64,000 nucleotides of DNA, from positions 681,015-745,014 of the forward strand of contig JACQXA010000004.1 in assembly GCA_016208975.1 (NCBI GenBank). Direction: 5' to 3'. Below the pieces are notes generated by a model that saw nothing but the letters and a program-made list of their open reading frames with translations, ran no database searches and was not told the DNA's origin. The stretch is from Nitrospinota bacterium. GTDB lineage: Bacteria > Nitrospinota_A > UBA7883 > JACRLM01. Numbering within the stretch: the stretch's first letter is position 1; the number at the start of each line of letters is the position of its first letter. The translations under genes were made by a program, and so were the position numbers. Below, in pieces: positions 39,222 through 49,610 of this stretch.

Positions 39222-40034
39222 TTACCCGGCCTGGCTTATCAGTTCATGCAGGGCCTTGCCGGGGTTTTCCTGTTTCATGAAATGGGATCCTATCAGGAAA
39301 CCGTCCACCCCGGCTTCCATGGCGCGCCGTATCTGCTCCGGCGAGGAAATGCCGCTCTCGCTCACCACGGCCACGTCGTCCGGCAATAACGGCGCTATCC
39401 GCAACGCCGTGCCGGAATCCACCGCCAGCGTTGGCGACATGAAATCGCGGTTATTCACCCCGACCAGCCTGGGTTTCAGATGGGATATGCGTTCCCACTC
39501 TTTTTCGGAATGTATCTCCACCAATGGCTCAAGGTTGAGCTCCAGCGCCCGGTGATATAACGACTCGAAAGCCGACACATCCTGGAAATTCGCCACCATA
39601 AGCAGAACCGCGTCCGCTCCCAGGGCGGCTGTTTCCGCCAACTGCCACCGGTCCAGGATAAAATCCTTCCGCAATACCGGAAGGCTAACCGCCTCCCGCG
39701 CCATGGGCACATAAACAGGAGCGCCGCAGAAAAACCGGGCATCCGTAAGCACCGAAATGGCGCACGCGCCCGCTGTCTCATACGCCTGGGCAATCCGCGC
39801 CGGGTCGAAGCCCGTGGGTTTTATCATGGCCGAAGGAGAGCTACGTTTTATCTCGGCTATTATCCTTACCTTACCGCCTGGCGCTGTTAACACGGAGTAA
39901 AGCGAACGCGGCTTTTGCCCCTTCCGCTCCGCCGCGAAAAGCAGTTCTTCTTCAGACACCATGGCTTTTCCAAACCGCAATTCCTCCCGTTTGTGGGCAA
40001 GGATGGAATTTAAAATGGGATGAACGCCCGTCAT
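39222..40034 (-). CDS. trpC: Indole-3-glycerol phosphate synthase
   Basis: IIAEIKRSSPS and later TIM-barrel IGPS blocks; start chosen at MTGVHPIL, overlapping the malic enzyme stop. Confidence 0.85.
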   Translation of the reverse strand: MTGVHPILNSILAHKREELRFGKAMVSEEELLFAAERKGQKPRSLYSVLTAPGGKVRIIAEIKRSSPSAMIKPTGFDPARIAQAYETAGACAISVLTDARFFCGAPVYVPMAREAVSLPVLRKDFILDRWQLAETAALGADAVLLMVANFQDVSAFESLYHRALELNLEPLVEIHSEKEWERISHLKPRLVGVNNRDFMSPTLAVDSGTALRIAPLLPDDVAVVSESGISSPEQIRRAMEAGVDGFLIGSHFMKQENPGKALHELISQAG

Positions 40035-41752
40035 TTCTTCCTCTTGTATGGCAGATACACCGGTTTCCATATCCTGCCCTTGATTATTTCCCTGGGGGTT
40101 TTACCGGGCGGCGGCGCCGGGGCCACTCCCTGGCTTACCGCCGTATCGAACACCGCCTCGGCCACTTCAACGCTTACCTTGGGCAGGTCCACAACCCTTG
40201 GAAACACGCAATGGGTCTGCGCGGCGTCGGGCGGCATAAACTCCGACAGCCTGTGGGATGCGGCGGTGAACATTTCATCTGTTATGGATTTCGCCCCGCA
40301 GGCGATGGCGCCAAGCCCCACCCCTGGGAAGATAAACGCGTTGTTCCCCTGCCCCACCCTGTATGTTTGGCCTTCAAATGTTACAGGCGGGAACGGGCTC
40401 CCGGTGGCTACTATGGCCCGGCCATGGCTCCACTCGTAAATATTCTTGGGCAAAGCCTCGGTCTGGCTGGTGGGGTTGCTCAATGGGAATATCACCGGCA
40501 TCGGAGTATTCACGGCCATTGCCTCCACCACCGGTTTTGTGAATGTTCCCGGCTGGCCGGAAAAACCCAGCAGGACGGTGATCCTGGCGTTGGCCACAAC
40601 CTCTTCCAGCGTTATCTTTTCCGGGTTGGCCACGTTCCACTCCACCACCATGCCGCCATGCTTGGCGAACTCCATTTTGTAGCTTTCAGGGTCGGCCCTG
40701 TCTTGCGTTACAAGCCCGCGGCTGTCCACCACGTATATCCTGTTACACGCCTCATGCCTTGAAAGCCCTTTGCCTATCAACTCGTTCCTTATCTGCCGGG
40801 CCACGCCCATCCCCCCGGCCCCGGCGCCATACACCAGGAACTTTTGATCCGTAATGTCGGCGTCGGATATCTTCATGGCCCCGGTGATGCCCGCCAGCAC
40901 CACGGCGCCGGTACCCTGGATGTCGTCGTTGAAGGAAAGCAGGGAACCCCGGTAAGAGTCCAGGTTGGTAAAGGCGTTGCTCTTGGAGAAATCTTCCCAC
41001 TGCAGAAGCGCCTTGGGGAAATTGGTTTTCACCCCGTCCACGAACTTGCCTATGAACTCATCGTACTCGGCTCCGGTGAGCCGTGGCTTTCTTACCCCAA
41101 GGTATAAAGGATCGTTGAGAAGAGCCTTATTGTTGGTGCCCACGTCCAGCGAAATGGGAAGACATACCCATGGGGGAATGCCCGCGCCAAGCGTGTAAAG
41201 CGAAAGCTTTCCTATGGGTATGTTCATGCCCCCGGCCCCCTGGTCGCCAATACCCAAAATCCCCTGGTTGTCTGTGACCACGATTATCTCTATCTTCTCC
41301 GCCGGGAATGGGATGTTGCGGGCCATCCTGCCCATGTCTTCCACGTTGTCGGGGGTGATATAAAGCCCCCGGGCGTGCCGGAAAATGTGGCTCCCTTTCT
41401 GGCAGGCTTCCCCCACGGTAGGGGTGTAGATAATTGGCGCCATCTCTTCCAGATGGGCCGCCACCAGGGCATAAAAAAGGGTTTCGTTCCTGTCTTGTAG
41501 GGAACGCAGGTGGATGTATTTTTCAATGTTGGTGGGCTTGGAAAGATAATTTTCGTAAACCCTTATGCTCTGCTCCTCCAGGGTGGCCACGTGGGCCGGA
41601 AGAAGGCCCGCCAGCTCGAACTCGCGCCGCTCCTCTTCCGTAAACGCCGTCCCCTTGTTGAGCAGATGGTGGTACAGGATGTCAGACCCTACTTCATCTA
41701 TCTCCATGTACGGTTCGCCGTTTTTATCGCTGGCTATACGGAAGTGGCTCAT
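40031..41752 (-). CDS. maeA: NAD(P)-dependent malic enzyme
   Basis: 573 aa; malic enzyme blocks (FNDDIQGTGAVVLAG, VYGAGAGGMGVA). Confidence 0.9.
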   Translation of the reverse strand: MSHFRIASDKNGEPYMEIDEVGSDILYHHLLNKGTAFTEEERREFELAGLLPAHVATLEEQSIRVYENYLSKPTNIEKYIHLRSLQDRNETLFYALVAAHLEEMAPIIYTPTVGEACQKGSHIFRHARGLYITPDNVEDMGRMARNIPFPAEKIEIIVVTDNQGILGIGDQGAGGMNIPIGKLSLYTLGAGIPPWVCLPISLDVGTNNKALLNDPLYLGVRKPRLTGAEYDEFIGKFVDGVKTNFPKALLQWEDFSKSNAFTNLDSYRGSLLSFNDDIQGTGAVVLAGITGAMKISDADITDQKFLVYGAGAGGMGVARQIRNELIGKGLSRHEACNRIYVVDSRGLVTQDRADPESYKMEFAKHGGMVVEWNVANPEKITLEEVVANARITVLLGFSGQPGTFTKPVVEAMAVNTPMPVIFPLSNPTSQTEALPKNIYEWSHGRAIVATGSPFPPVTFEGQTYRVGQGNNAFIFPGVGLGAIACGAKSITDEMFTAASHRLSEFMPPDAAQTHCVFPRVVDLPKVSVEVAEAVFDTAVSQGVAPAPPPGKTPREIIKGRIWKPVYLPYKRKK

Positions 41753-42362
41753 TTTTTTAATCTCCCGTTTGAATGAACACCCCTGGATTTATCCATCATC
41801 ATTGCGCCGGGCGCAAAAACTCTCAAGGGTTTTTTGAGCCACGCCGATAAACAACGTAATAGGGCCGGAAATCCCCCGCGAAGGAATGTGGGGCGGCAAG
41901 ATTACCAAGGAGGGTAACATCATGGATACTGTGAATATTTTTGGGAGCGACCACAAGGGGGCCATCTTAAGGGCCTATCCGATGAAGAAACGATTGCCAC
42001 AGCTGGGCGCGGGAATGAATCTTTTTGATAAACCAGCGACAGCCGCCGGAAATTCCCGCCTCCGGGTACAGCCGGGTGGAGGTTTTGTGGCTTTAACAGC
42101 CTGATTTAACGTCGCATATCGTTCTTCAGGCCCGCCAGTTCCATTGGGGCGGGCCTGTATTCTTATTTAACGGGGGAACAACTCGCCACTAAATGTATAA
42201 ATCATGTTATTACAATATGTTATCACCTATTTAGGCTGTCCGCTTATTTTTGGAAGGCAGTTTTAACTTGTTCCAAATGTCTCGTTTCACGCATATCTGG
42301 CATTTGACTGGCGCTTGTTTATTAGTTTAAAATATGCATTTTTAAATAGTGGAGGTACGGCG

Positions 42363-42551
42363 ATGAAGAAGAAAATCGGTAAGGCGCCAACCTGTAAACA
42401 TTGCGGTGGGGCCATGATAGACAGGTTCGATGAGCTAACCTGCGTCATGTGCGGCAGGATTTCTAGCCACTCGTGTGAAAACTGTTTGAAATTAGAGGAG
42501 GAAAGGCCGGCATCCGCAAAGCGGGGCGGTAAGAGGGCCAGCGCGGCCTAA
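42363..42551 (+). CDS. Small zinc-ribbon protein
   Basis: CKHCGG ... CVMCG pairs; SD ggagg before ATG. Confidence 0.4.
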   Translation: MKKKIGKAPTCKHCGGAMIDRFDELTCVMCGRISSHSCENCLKLEEERPASAKRGGKRASAA

Positions 42552-42642
42552 TTTGTATCTCATTGAATTTTATACGGCGGGGGGTTACACAAAACCTTCC
42601 GCCGTATTTTTTTAGCCGCGATAATTCCCCCTTCACATTACA

Positions 42643-43950
42643 ATGAAAAACAAAGTGTTCATGGTTTCCCTGGGTTGCCCGAAAAACCAGGTGGATTCGG
42701 AGAAAACCCTTTACGCCCTCCAGCAAGCCGGAATGGAGATAGTGGCGGACGAAACCCAGGCGGACATCATAATCACCAACACCTGCGGTTTTGTGAACGA
42801 CGCCAAGCAGGAGTCCATAGACACCATTCTGGAGCTTTCCCGGCTGAAAAAAACAAATCCCGATGTGAAACTCGCTGTAATGGGTTGTCTTTCTGAGCGG
42901 TACAGGGATGACCTCAAGAAAAGCATCCCGGAGATTGACCATATCTTCGGAACCGCGGAACTTTCGCATATCGTTAGCGATCTGGCGCCAAAGAAAATCG
43001 AGGCTCCCCATGACCCGGACGATTCGGCGCGCATCCTTACCACCGCCCCTCACTGGGCTTATCTTAAAATAGCCGAAGGGTGTTCCAACAAATGCGCGTT
43101 CTGCATAATCCCGGCAATCCGGGGGCCATATAAAAGCGTTCCCGCAGATATGGCGCTAAAGGAGGCCAAAGCGCTGGCGGCCCGGGGAGTCAAAGAGCTT
43201 ATCCTGGTGGCGCAGGACACCACGTTGTACGGCGCCGACATCCATATGAAAAACGGTCTGGCGGAGCTTTTGAGGGGGTTGGTTAAAATACCGGGGCTTG
43301 AATGGATACGGGTGATGTACATGTACCCTACACTGGTGAATGACGAGCTGTTGTCGGTTATGGCCGGGGAAGAAAAAGTGGCGCCTTATTTCGACATGCC
43401 CCTGCAACACGCCGCCGACAGCGTGTTGAAAAACATGTTGCGGCCGGAGACCAACGGCTCCATCCGCGCCCTGCTGGAAAAAATAAAAAGACGGCTTCCC
43501 CATGCCGCGCTCCGCACCGCTTTTATCACCGGTTTTCCGGGTGAGACGGAAGCGGATTTCAAGGTTCTCCTAAACCTTGTGAAAGACGAAGAGTTCGACC
43601 ACATGGGGGCTTTCGTATATTCCCCGGAAGAGGGGACCTCGGCGTATGGAATGCCAGGCTCCGTGCCCCGGAAAAAAGCCGAGGAACGGTACGCGCGGCT
43701 GATGGAGACCCAAAAAAGCATTTCCTCAAGAAAACTGGAACGCAAAGTGGGCATGACCGGCAGGGTATTGGTGGACGGAATGGCGGGGGAAGAGATGTTA
43801 AATACCGGCAGGCTCATCACCCAGTCCCCGGGAATAGACGGATGCGTTATATTGGATGGGGTGGAGGCGGAGCCCGGCGATTTTATCCAGGTGGCTATAA
43901 CCGGCCACACCGAATACGACCTGATAGGGTCAGGCGCGGAAAATGTTTAA
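42643..43950 (+). CDS. rimO: Ribosomal protein S12 methylthiotransferase RimO
   Basis: N-terminal MVSLGCPKNQVDSE, radical-SAM CxxxCxxC (CSNKCAFC), C-terminal TRAM. Confidence 0.85.
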   Translation: MKNKVFMVSLGCPKNQVDSEKTLYALQQAGMEIVADETQADIIITNTCGFVNDAKQESIDTILELSRLKKTNPDVKLAVMGCLSERYRDDLKKSIPEIDHIFGTAELSHIVSDLAPKKIEAPHDPDDSARILTTAPHWAYLKIAEGCSNKCAFCIIPAIRGPYKSVPADMALKEAKALAARGVKELILVAQDTTLYGADIHMKNGLAELLRGLVKIPGLEWIRVMYMYPTLVNDELLSVMAGEEKVAPYFDMPLQHAADSVLKNMLRPETNGSIRALLEKIKRRLPHAALRTAFITGFPGETEADFKVLLNLVKDEEFDHMGAFVYSPEEGTSAYGMPGSVPRKKAEERYARLMETQKSISSRKLERKVGMTGRVLVDGMAGEEMLNTGRLITQSPGIDGCVILDGVEAEPGDFIQVAITGHTEYDLIGSGAENV

Positions 43951-44134
43951 TGTTTTCTTCTTCTACATCGGCCGGGCCTTGCAAATATTAGGAATGATCA
44001 CGGCGGCCATGGCCCTGCTCACCTATTTCAACCAGCAGGAAAACATGGGCACGATGATGAAAATAGCCGGGGCGGGCCTGGTGGAATTTTATGTGGGTTA
44101 CGGCATCACAATGCTCACCGGGAGAAAAGGATGA
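43943..44134 (+). CDS. Small hydrophobic protein
   Basis: 63 aa, two predicted helices, start overlaps rimO stop and stop overlaps cutA start. Confidence 0.35.
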   Translation: MFNVFFFYIGRALQILGMITAAMALLTYFNQQENMGTMMKIAGAGLVEFYVGYGITMLTGRKG

Positions 44135-44457
44135 AAGCCGGGGACAATATCGTTGTCCTGATTACAGCCGGGGGTGAGGACGAGGCGGAGCGGATAGCCA
44201 AAACCCTGGTGGAGGAGAATCTGGCCGCCTGCGTGAACATAATAAGTGGCCTCCGCTCCATATACCGGTGGGAAGGCAAGACCTGTGACGAGGGGGAGGT
44301 TCTGCTGGTGGTAAAATCCAGCGGGGCGCTGTTTGACGCGCTGGAAGAGCGGGCGCGGGCCCTGCATTCATACTCCACGCCGGAGATAGTAGCTTTACCC
44401 ATCACCCATGGGTCAGCAAAATACATGGACTGGCTGAACGGAAGCCTGAGGAAATGA
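44131..44457 (+). CDS. cutA: Divalent-cation tolerance protein CutA
   Basis: ~108 aa CutA1 fold signature. Confidence 0.8.
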   Translation: MKAGDNIVVLITAGGEDEAERIAKTLVEENLAACVNIISGLRSIYRWEGKTCDEGEVLLVVKSSGALFDALEERARALHSYSTPEIVALPITHGSAKYMDWLNGSLRK

Positions 44458-44939
44458 AACACAGCACTCGAATAAAGATATTCCGGGACGAGCATCATTT
44501 CGCCGCCGCTCATTTCCTGGTGGAAATGGGCAAGTGCGAGAGGCTCCACGGCCACAACTACGGCGTTACAGTGGAGATCTGCGCCGACCCGGCCATGAAC
44601 CACACCGTAACCGATTTCAACCGGATCAATCCATTGATCAAACGGGTTTGCGACACGCTGGACCACAAGATACTCATAGCCGGGGAAGACCCGCGACAGA
44701 CGCTCACCATCACCGGCGAGGAATTGGAGGCCCGGTTCGGCCCCAAACGGTTCGTGTTCCCCAAGTCCGACTGCGAGGTGTTGCCCGTCAAGGCCACCAC
44801 GGTGGAGCTTCTTTCGGCCTATCTAAGTGAAAAGTTGTTGGAGGCGCTAAGGCCGCTAGGGCTGGAAGGGCTTCAGTGGCTGGAGGTGGGCGTGAAAGAA
44901 GGCGGTTCCCAGATGGCGATACACAGGATGGAGTTTTAA
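44454..44939 (+). CDS. queD: 6-pyruvoyl-tetrahydropterin synthase / QueD-family protein
   Basis: HHFAAAH and CERLHGHNY zinc-binding motifs. Confidence 0.75.
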   Translation: MKHSTRIKIFRDEHHFAAAHFLVEMGKCERLHGHNYGVTVEICADPAMNHTVTDFNRINPLIKRVCDTLDHKILIAGEDPRQTLTITGEELEARFGPKRFVFPKSDCEVLPVKATTVELLSAYLSEKLLEALRPLGLEGLQWLEVGVKEGGSQMAIHRMEF

Positions 44940-44974
44940 AGCGCCTTATATACTGTTGCCAGATAGTTTTCACA

Positions 44975-46084
44975 TCACCAGCGCAAACTACCGCAAGGAG
45001 TTCTCTTGAACAAGGAACGCCAGAGATGGTCTTTTTCTGGTGGGGCGCCAATCTTGACGATCTCGATAAATCCCTTTGCCTGACCTTTTTTTGCGTTTTC
45101 AGTTATAGGCCCTGCATAGAAAGTTGAATCCTCAAGCTTGGTTATTGGTTCGGCCTTCCGGCCATCAATATCCCCGTATCCAAATGCAAGAATATTTACT
45201 TCATTCGGGCGTTTTGCGATGTAGCGAGACAGTTCAAGGGCTGTGGTGCTCGATATATAATTGGCGAGAACATCTTGGAGCAACCAGAATGTTTTACCGT
45301 TCCATGCAATGCCCACCTGAGATTTTACGATAAGTTGGCTTACCATCCGCGCCCATACCTGACGGTAGTTGATGCCTGGTCCATTATGGCTTGAAGGATC
45401 AATTATTGCGTCCTCGCAAGCCATCGGGATTTGGGTCCTTTTCTTCTTGTCGCCACCAGAGGTGCTTGAGGTCATAATCTCGACAATGGTTATTGGATCC
45501 GTGGGGAAATCTTCAATCCAATGCTCGCCATTTCGAATGGCTATCGTATAACCGTTTGCCTCTGCAAGTGGCAGTGTAGCTCGTTCTCCTTTCCCAATCA
45601 GTCCTGCTACCTCGGAAAGCCTCTTCCGGCCTGACCCCGCAATAATATAGTCAAACGAATAATCAAATGACTTTGCTTCATCATCGTCATTTCTCGTCTC
45701 AATCTTCATCTTCACTTCTGACCATGCGCGATATGTTCTGCCTGAGTCAAGTTGAGCATACTTTGCGAGTTGTGTCCGCACATGCGTTTGGTAGTCGGTC
45801 TGTGTTTGCGCGCGAAGTGATAAAAGCCGACGCGGGCAAACTATCCAAGGCTGTTCTCCATCACGAAGTCTAAGTGAACAAACACCGGATTGCACAATAA
45901 CCTTACCGGGGAAAAATTTCCGCAAATTACGGCTTTTGCGCAAATCTAATGCTGAAAGGTAACGGTTTCCACCACCATCACACTCAGCATCCATAAAAGG
46001 ACACCATGCTTTCGCTCGGTTTTCTGCGGCTTCCTCGTTCCAGCAATCAAGCCGGTATCCGTACAATTCAAATATCTTGCTCAT
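44975..46084 (-). CDS. Type II restriction endonuclease, putatively NotI-like
   Basis: Overlaps and follows the C5 methyltransferase gene; N-terminal four-Cys pattern WCPF...C...GVCSL...WIVCPRRL recalled as resembling the NotI metal-binding module; lower GC than surroundings. Confidence 0.6.
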   Translation of the reverse strand: MSKIFELYGYRLDCWNEEAAENRAKAWCPFMDAECDGGGNRYLSALDLRKSRNLRKFFPGKVIVQSGVCSLRLRDGEQPWIVCPRRLLSLRAQTQTDYQTHVRTQLAKYAQLDSGRTYRAWSEVKMKIETRNDDDEAKSFDYSFDYIIAGSGRKRLSEVAGLIGKGERATLPLAEANGYTIAIRNGEHWIEDFPTDPITIVEIMTSSTSGGDKKKRTQIPMACEDAIIDPSSHNGPGINYRQVWARMVSQLIVKSQVGIAWNGKTFWLLQDVLANYISSTTALELSRYIAKRPNEVNILAFGYGDIDGRKAEPITKLEDSTFYAGPITENAKKGQAKGFIEIVKIGAPPEKDHLWRSLFKRTPCGSLRW

Positions 46085-47189
46085 CCAAGAACCTCATTAT
46101 CTGTTGCCCAAGAATGCGAGCCAATGGAGGGGGAACGGAATTTGCCACCTGTCTATGTTGATCGAGATTTCGCACAGAACCCGTTCTGGATCTTATAGGA
46201 CCTTTAAGAATATAGTCGTCAGGATAACCATGTATCCTCATGTATTCGCGTGGAGTTAGATATCGGTTTTCAGTAGGATGATAGAATATCTCTCCGCATC
46301 GAAGAGTGTTTGCGGGTCGCTTGCGATGGAGGCGAAGATATTTCGTTGTGTCCTTAGGGGACAAACCGCACCGAAGTTCTTCACCTAGATGTGTTTGTGC
46401 GGAAAGATAAGATCCTTCTGGAACTTGAGCGATTCGTTCTCGATCTCTTGGTGGAGTCACATCAACATGACTATCAAGCCTTTCATAAACAGTTTTCCCC
46501 TGTATTTTGGAATCTGGTTTCCCAAGACCTTTGATTGCTTTTCCAGTTCCAACGTACGGTTGATAATGAAAAAGTCCATTGCATTCTTCCGCTGGAGCAT
46601 GGGTTCTCTCGGGAAAAACAAAACCATTACGTCCCCGCGTTGCAATGACAAAGAGCCGCTCTCGCAGTTGCGGAACCCCGAAATCAGACGCAAGAATGGC
46701 ACGCCATTTTGGAGTATAATTAATTTTCTCCAGTTCACTTAGAAAATTTTCAAAGACCTCACCTCGGCGATTCGTGTGACCTTTGGATGACAATAGCCCC
46801 TTGACTTGCTCAAGTAAAATCACTTTGGGTTGAATGGACTTTGCAAAGCGAATGATCTCAAAAAGTAGAGGACCCCGCTCGTCACTTAAACCAAGTTGCT
46901 TCCCAGCCAATGAAAACGACTGACATGGTGGACCACCGAATAGAATATCCAATTCACCTTTCTTAATGTTAAGTTCTTTCAGTAGTGATTGGGGATCGAC
47001 GTTGCGGATATCCTTTTGAATTATTCGTGAATTGTAATTGTTATTTTCCGCATTGGCCCGCAATGTAGCGCAACAATGTTCATCAATTTCCAGTTCAGCC
47101 AATACTTCAAAACCTGCATCTCTGATGCCAATATCCATACCGCCAGCCCCAGAAAAGAGACTTATTGATTTCCTGATGCTAGAATTCAT
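46068..47189 (-). CDS. DNA (cytosine-5)-methyltransferase
   Basis: Motif I FSGAGG, motif IV GGPPCQ, LLEQV (ENV-like); start at MNSSIRK. Confidence 0.85.
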   Translation of the reverse strand: MNSSIRKSISLFSGAGGMDIGIRDAGFEVLAELEIDEHCCATLRANAENNNYNSRIIQKDIRNVDPQSLLKELNIKKGELDILFGGPPCQSFSLAGKQLGLSDERGPLLFEIIRFAKSIQPKVILLEQVKGLLSSKGHTNRRGEVFENFLSELEKINYTPKWRAILASDFGVPQLRERLFVIATRGRNGFVFPERTHAPAEECNGLFHYQPYVGTGKAIKGLGKPDSKIQGKTVYERLDSHVDVTPPRDRERIAQVPEGSYLSAQTHLGEELRCGLSPKDTTKYLRLHRKRPANTLRCGEIFYHPTENRYLTPREYMRIHGYPDDYILKGPIRSRTGSVRNLDQHRQVANSVPPPLARILGQQIMRFLDEQDI

Positions 47190-47392
47190 CGTGATAGGTG
47201 ATAACGGTAGTAGTATTAGGGCGCGTTTTTTAAGCATTTTACACAAGAATTGTTATTATACCACCATCCAATTCAGACAATACGCGATAATTACCGACAC
47301 GTAATCGGAATCGTTTCATCAGCAACCTTTCGCGCCAAGGTGATTAAACCAAGTTTTTTACTTTGCCGAGTTTACGCCACCTTGCTAATCCA

Positions 47393-48559
47393 TCACTCCC
47401 CGTACACCACCATATCGTTGCGGTGGGCCACTTCGTCGTAAGTCTTGTACCCCAATATCGTTTCTATCAGGCTGGAGTGGCGCCCCATGATTTTCTCCAC
47501 CTCGTGGACAGGGTAGTTTATCAACCCTTTGGCGAACACCTTCCCGTCCGGCCCGGCGATGGATACGGCGTCGCCATCCTCGAACTCCCCTTCCACCGCC
47601 GTAATTCCAGACGCCAGAAGACTGCGCCCTTTATTAACGATAGCGTCGCGCGCGCCATCGTCCACCTGTATCTTGCCTGCGGGAACCAGGGTGTATTCTA
47701 TCCAGTGCCGTTTGCTGTCCAGCCGGTCTTCGTGGGGAAAAAAGAATGTGCCCGCCGTGGAAGGGCCTTCCATCGCGTCAAGCAAAACCCCCTGTTTCAT
47801 GCCCGGCAGGATTATGGTTGGGGCGCCGAACCTGGCGGCCTCGCCAGCCGCCCGCGCCTTGGAGGCCATGCCGCCAAGGCCGGTGGTGGATGAGGAATCA
47901 CCGGCCATGGATAGAATGTTTTCGTCCACTTCCTCCACATAATCCAGTTTCCGCGCGGAAGGGTCCAGCCTGGGGTCGGCCGTGTAAAGCCCTTCGACGT
48001 CGGAGAGGATAACCAGCAGGTCCGCCTCGATAAGGTTTGTGACCCGGGCGGACAAAGTGTCGTTGTCGCCGAACTTTATCTCGTCCACCGAAACCGTGTC
48101 GTTCTCGTTTATGACCGGGATCACGCCAAAATCCAACAGACTGTTGAGCGTGTTGCGGGCGTTCAAAAACCGGCGCCGGTCCCGCAGGTCGTCATGGGTA
48201 AGCAGGACCTGCCCCACTTTGTGCTCGTGTTTTAAAAAACTTTGCGCCCAGAGAGAAATCAGGCTTCCCTGCCCCAGCGCCGCCGCCGCCTGTTTTACGG
48301 GGATGGACAACCCGTGGCGGGGAATGCCCAGAATCCGCGTTCCCAGCGCTACCGAGCCGGAGCTTACCAGCGCCACATGGCGCCCGCCGGAGGCTATGGC
48401 GGAAACCTGCCGGGCTATTTCCGCCATGATCTGCGCGTTCACCTCGGCATGACCGCCGCCGGAAAGCACGCCGCTACCTACTTTGACTACAATGCGCCTG
48501 GCCGCGCCGACAAGTTTTTCGCGGCGGGCGGCAAGGGCGCTGGCTGAATCCGCTGTCAT
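47393..48559 (-). CDS. proB: Glutamate 5-kinase
   Basis: Amino-acid kinase fold (IVVKVGSGVL) with C-terminal PUA domain. Confidence 0.9.
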   Translation of the reverse strand: MTADSASALAARREKLVGAARRIVVKVGSGVLSGGGHAEVNAQIMAEIARQVSAIASGGRHVALVSSGSVALGTRILGIPRHGLSIPVKQAAAALGQGSLISLWAQSFLKHEHKVGQVLLTHDDLRDRRRFLNARNTLNSLLDFGVIPVINENDTVSVDEIKFGDNDTLSARVTNLIEADLLVILSDVEGLYTADPRLDPSARKLDYVEEVDENILSMAGDSSSTTGLGGMASKARAAGEAARFGAPTIILPGMKQGVLLDAMEGPSTAGTFFFPHEDRLDSKRHWIEYTLVPAGKIQVDDGARDAIVNKGRSLLASGITAVEGEFEDGDAVSIAGPDGKVFAKGLINYPVHEVEKIMGRHSSLIETILGYKTYDEVAHRNDMVVYGE

Positions 48560-49575
48560 GAGTTGGTTATTTTCACCAGCTTTTCAAGCTTTTCAAGGGC
48601 CACGCCGGTGTCTATGGATTTTTCGGCCAGGGGCAAGGCGTCGTCTATAAAATCGGCCAGCCCTCCGGCGCATATCACCGCCGCGGCGTTGAGAAGGGTG
48701 ATGTCCCGGTGGGCGCCTTTCTCCCCCTCCAGCACGTGGCGGGTTATCTTGGCGTTTTGCTCCGCGTCTCCCCCTTTTATGGAGTCAGGCTTATGGATGG
48801 GTATGCCGAACTGTTCGGGGGTTATGGTGAGGGTCTTCACCTGGCCGTTTTCCAGCAGGGCCATGTAGGTAGGGGCGGTAACGGTTATTTCGTCCAGCCC
48901 GTCCTGGCCATGGACAACGAAAGCTTTAACGGCGCCAAGTTTCCCAAGCGCCACGGCCAAGGGTTCGATAAGCTTCCGGTCGTAAACCCCCATCACCTGC
49001 CGCTTGGCCCCGGCGGGGTTGGTGAGCGGGCCAAGCACGTTGAATATGGTGCGGGCGCCTATGTCCCTGCGGGCGGGCATCACAAACCTCATGGCCGAAT
49101 GGAGCGCCGGGGCGAAAAGAAAACCTATGCCAGCCTCTTTTAGGCATTCCTCCACGCGGCTAACCTCCGCCTCCACGTTCACTCCCAGGGCTTTCAACAC
49201 GTCCGCCGAGCCGGATTTCGACGATATGGCGCGGTTGCCGTGTTTCGCCACCACCAGGCCCGCCCCCGCCGCCACAAACGCGGCGGTGGTGGATACGTTG
49301 AACGTGTGGGCGCCGTCTCCGCCGGTGCCGCAGGTGTCCACCACCGCGCCGGGGCCCGCTTCCACCTTCAACGCCTTGTCGCGCATAACCCGGGCCGCGC
49401 CGGTGATCTCCTCCACCGTCTCGCCTTTCATGCGAAGCGCCACGAGAAACGCGGCTATCTGCGCGTCCGACGCGCCGCCGGTCATGATCTGCTCCATAAC
49501 AAAGGTCATCTGCGTTTCAGTCAGGTCTCCCAGGTCCAGGAGCCGGGAGATCGCTTCCTTGATATTCATGCTCAT
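48556..49575 (-). CDS. trpD: Anthranilate phosphoribosyltransferase
   Basis: DTCGTGGDG and KHGNRAISSKSGSADVLKALG motifs. Confidence 0.9.
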   Translation of the reverse strand: MSMNIKEAISRLLDLGDLTETQMTFVMEQIMTGGASDAQIAAFLVALRMKGETVEEITGAARVMRDKALKVEAGPGAVVDTCGTGGDGAHTFNVSTTAAFVAAGAGLVVAKHGNRAISSKSGSADVLKALGVNVEAEVSRVEECLKEAGIGFLFAPALHSAMRFVMPARRDIGARTIFNVLGPLTNPAGAKRQVMGVYDRKLIEPLAVALGKLGAVKAFVVHGQDGLDEITVTAPTYMALLENGQVKTLTITPEQFGIPIHKPDSIKGGDAEQNAKITRHVLEGEKGAHRDITLLNAAAVICAGGLADFIDDALPLAEKSIDTGVALEKLEKLVKITNS

Positions 49576-49610
49576 CGTGGTTTTATTTGCGCTCGCCGTT
49601 GGTGGTGTTA

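Noticed and set aside
41886-42104. 72 aa ORF in the malic enzyme upstream region
   Set aside because: No ribosome-binding site and unremarkable composition; more likely promoter space.
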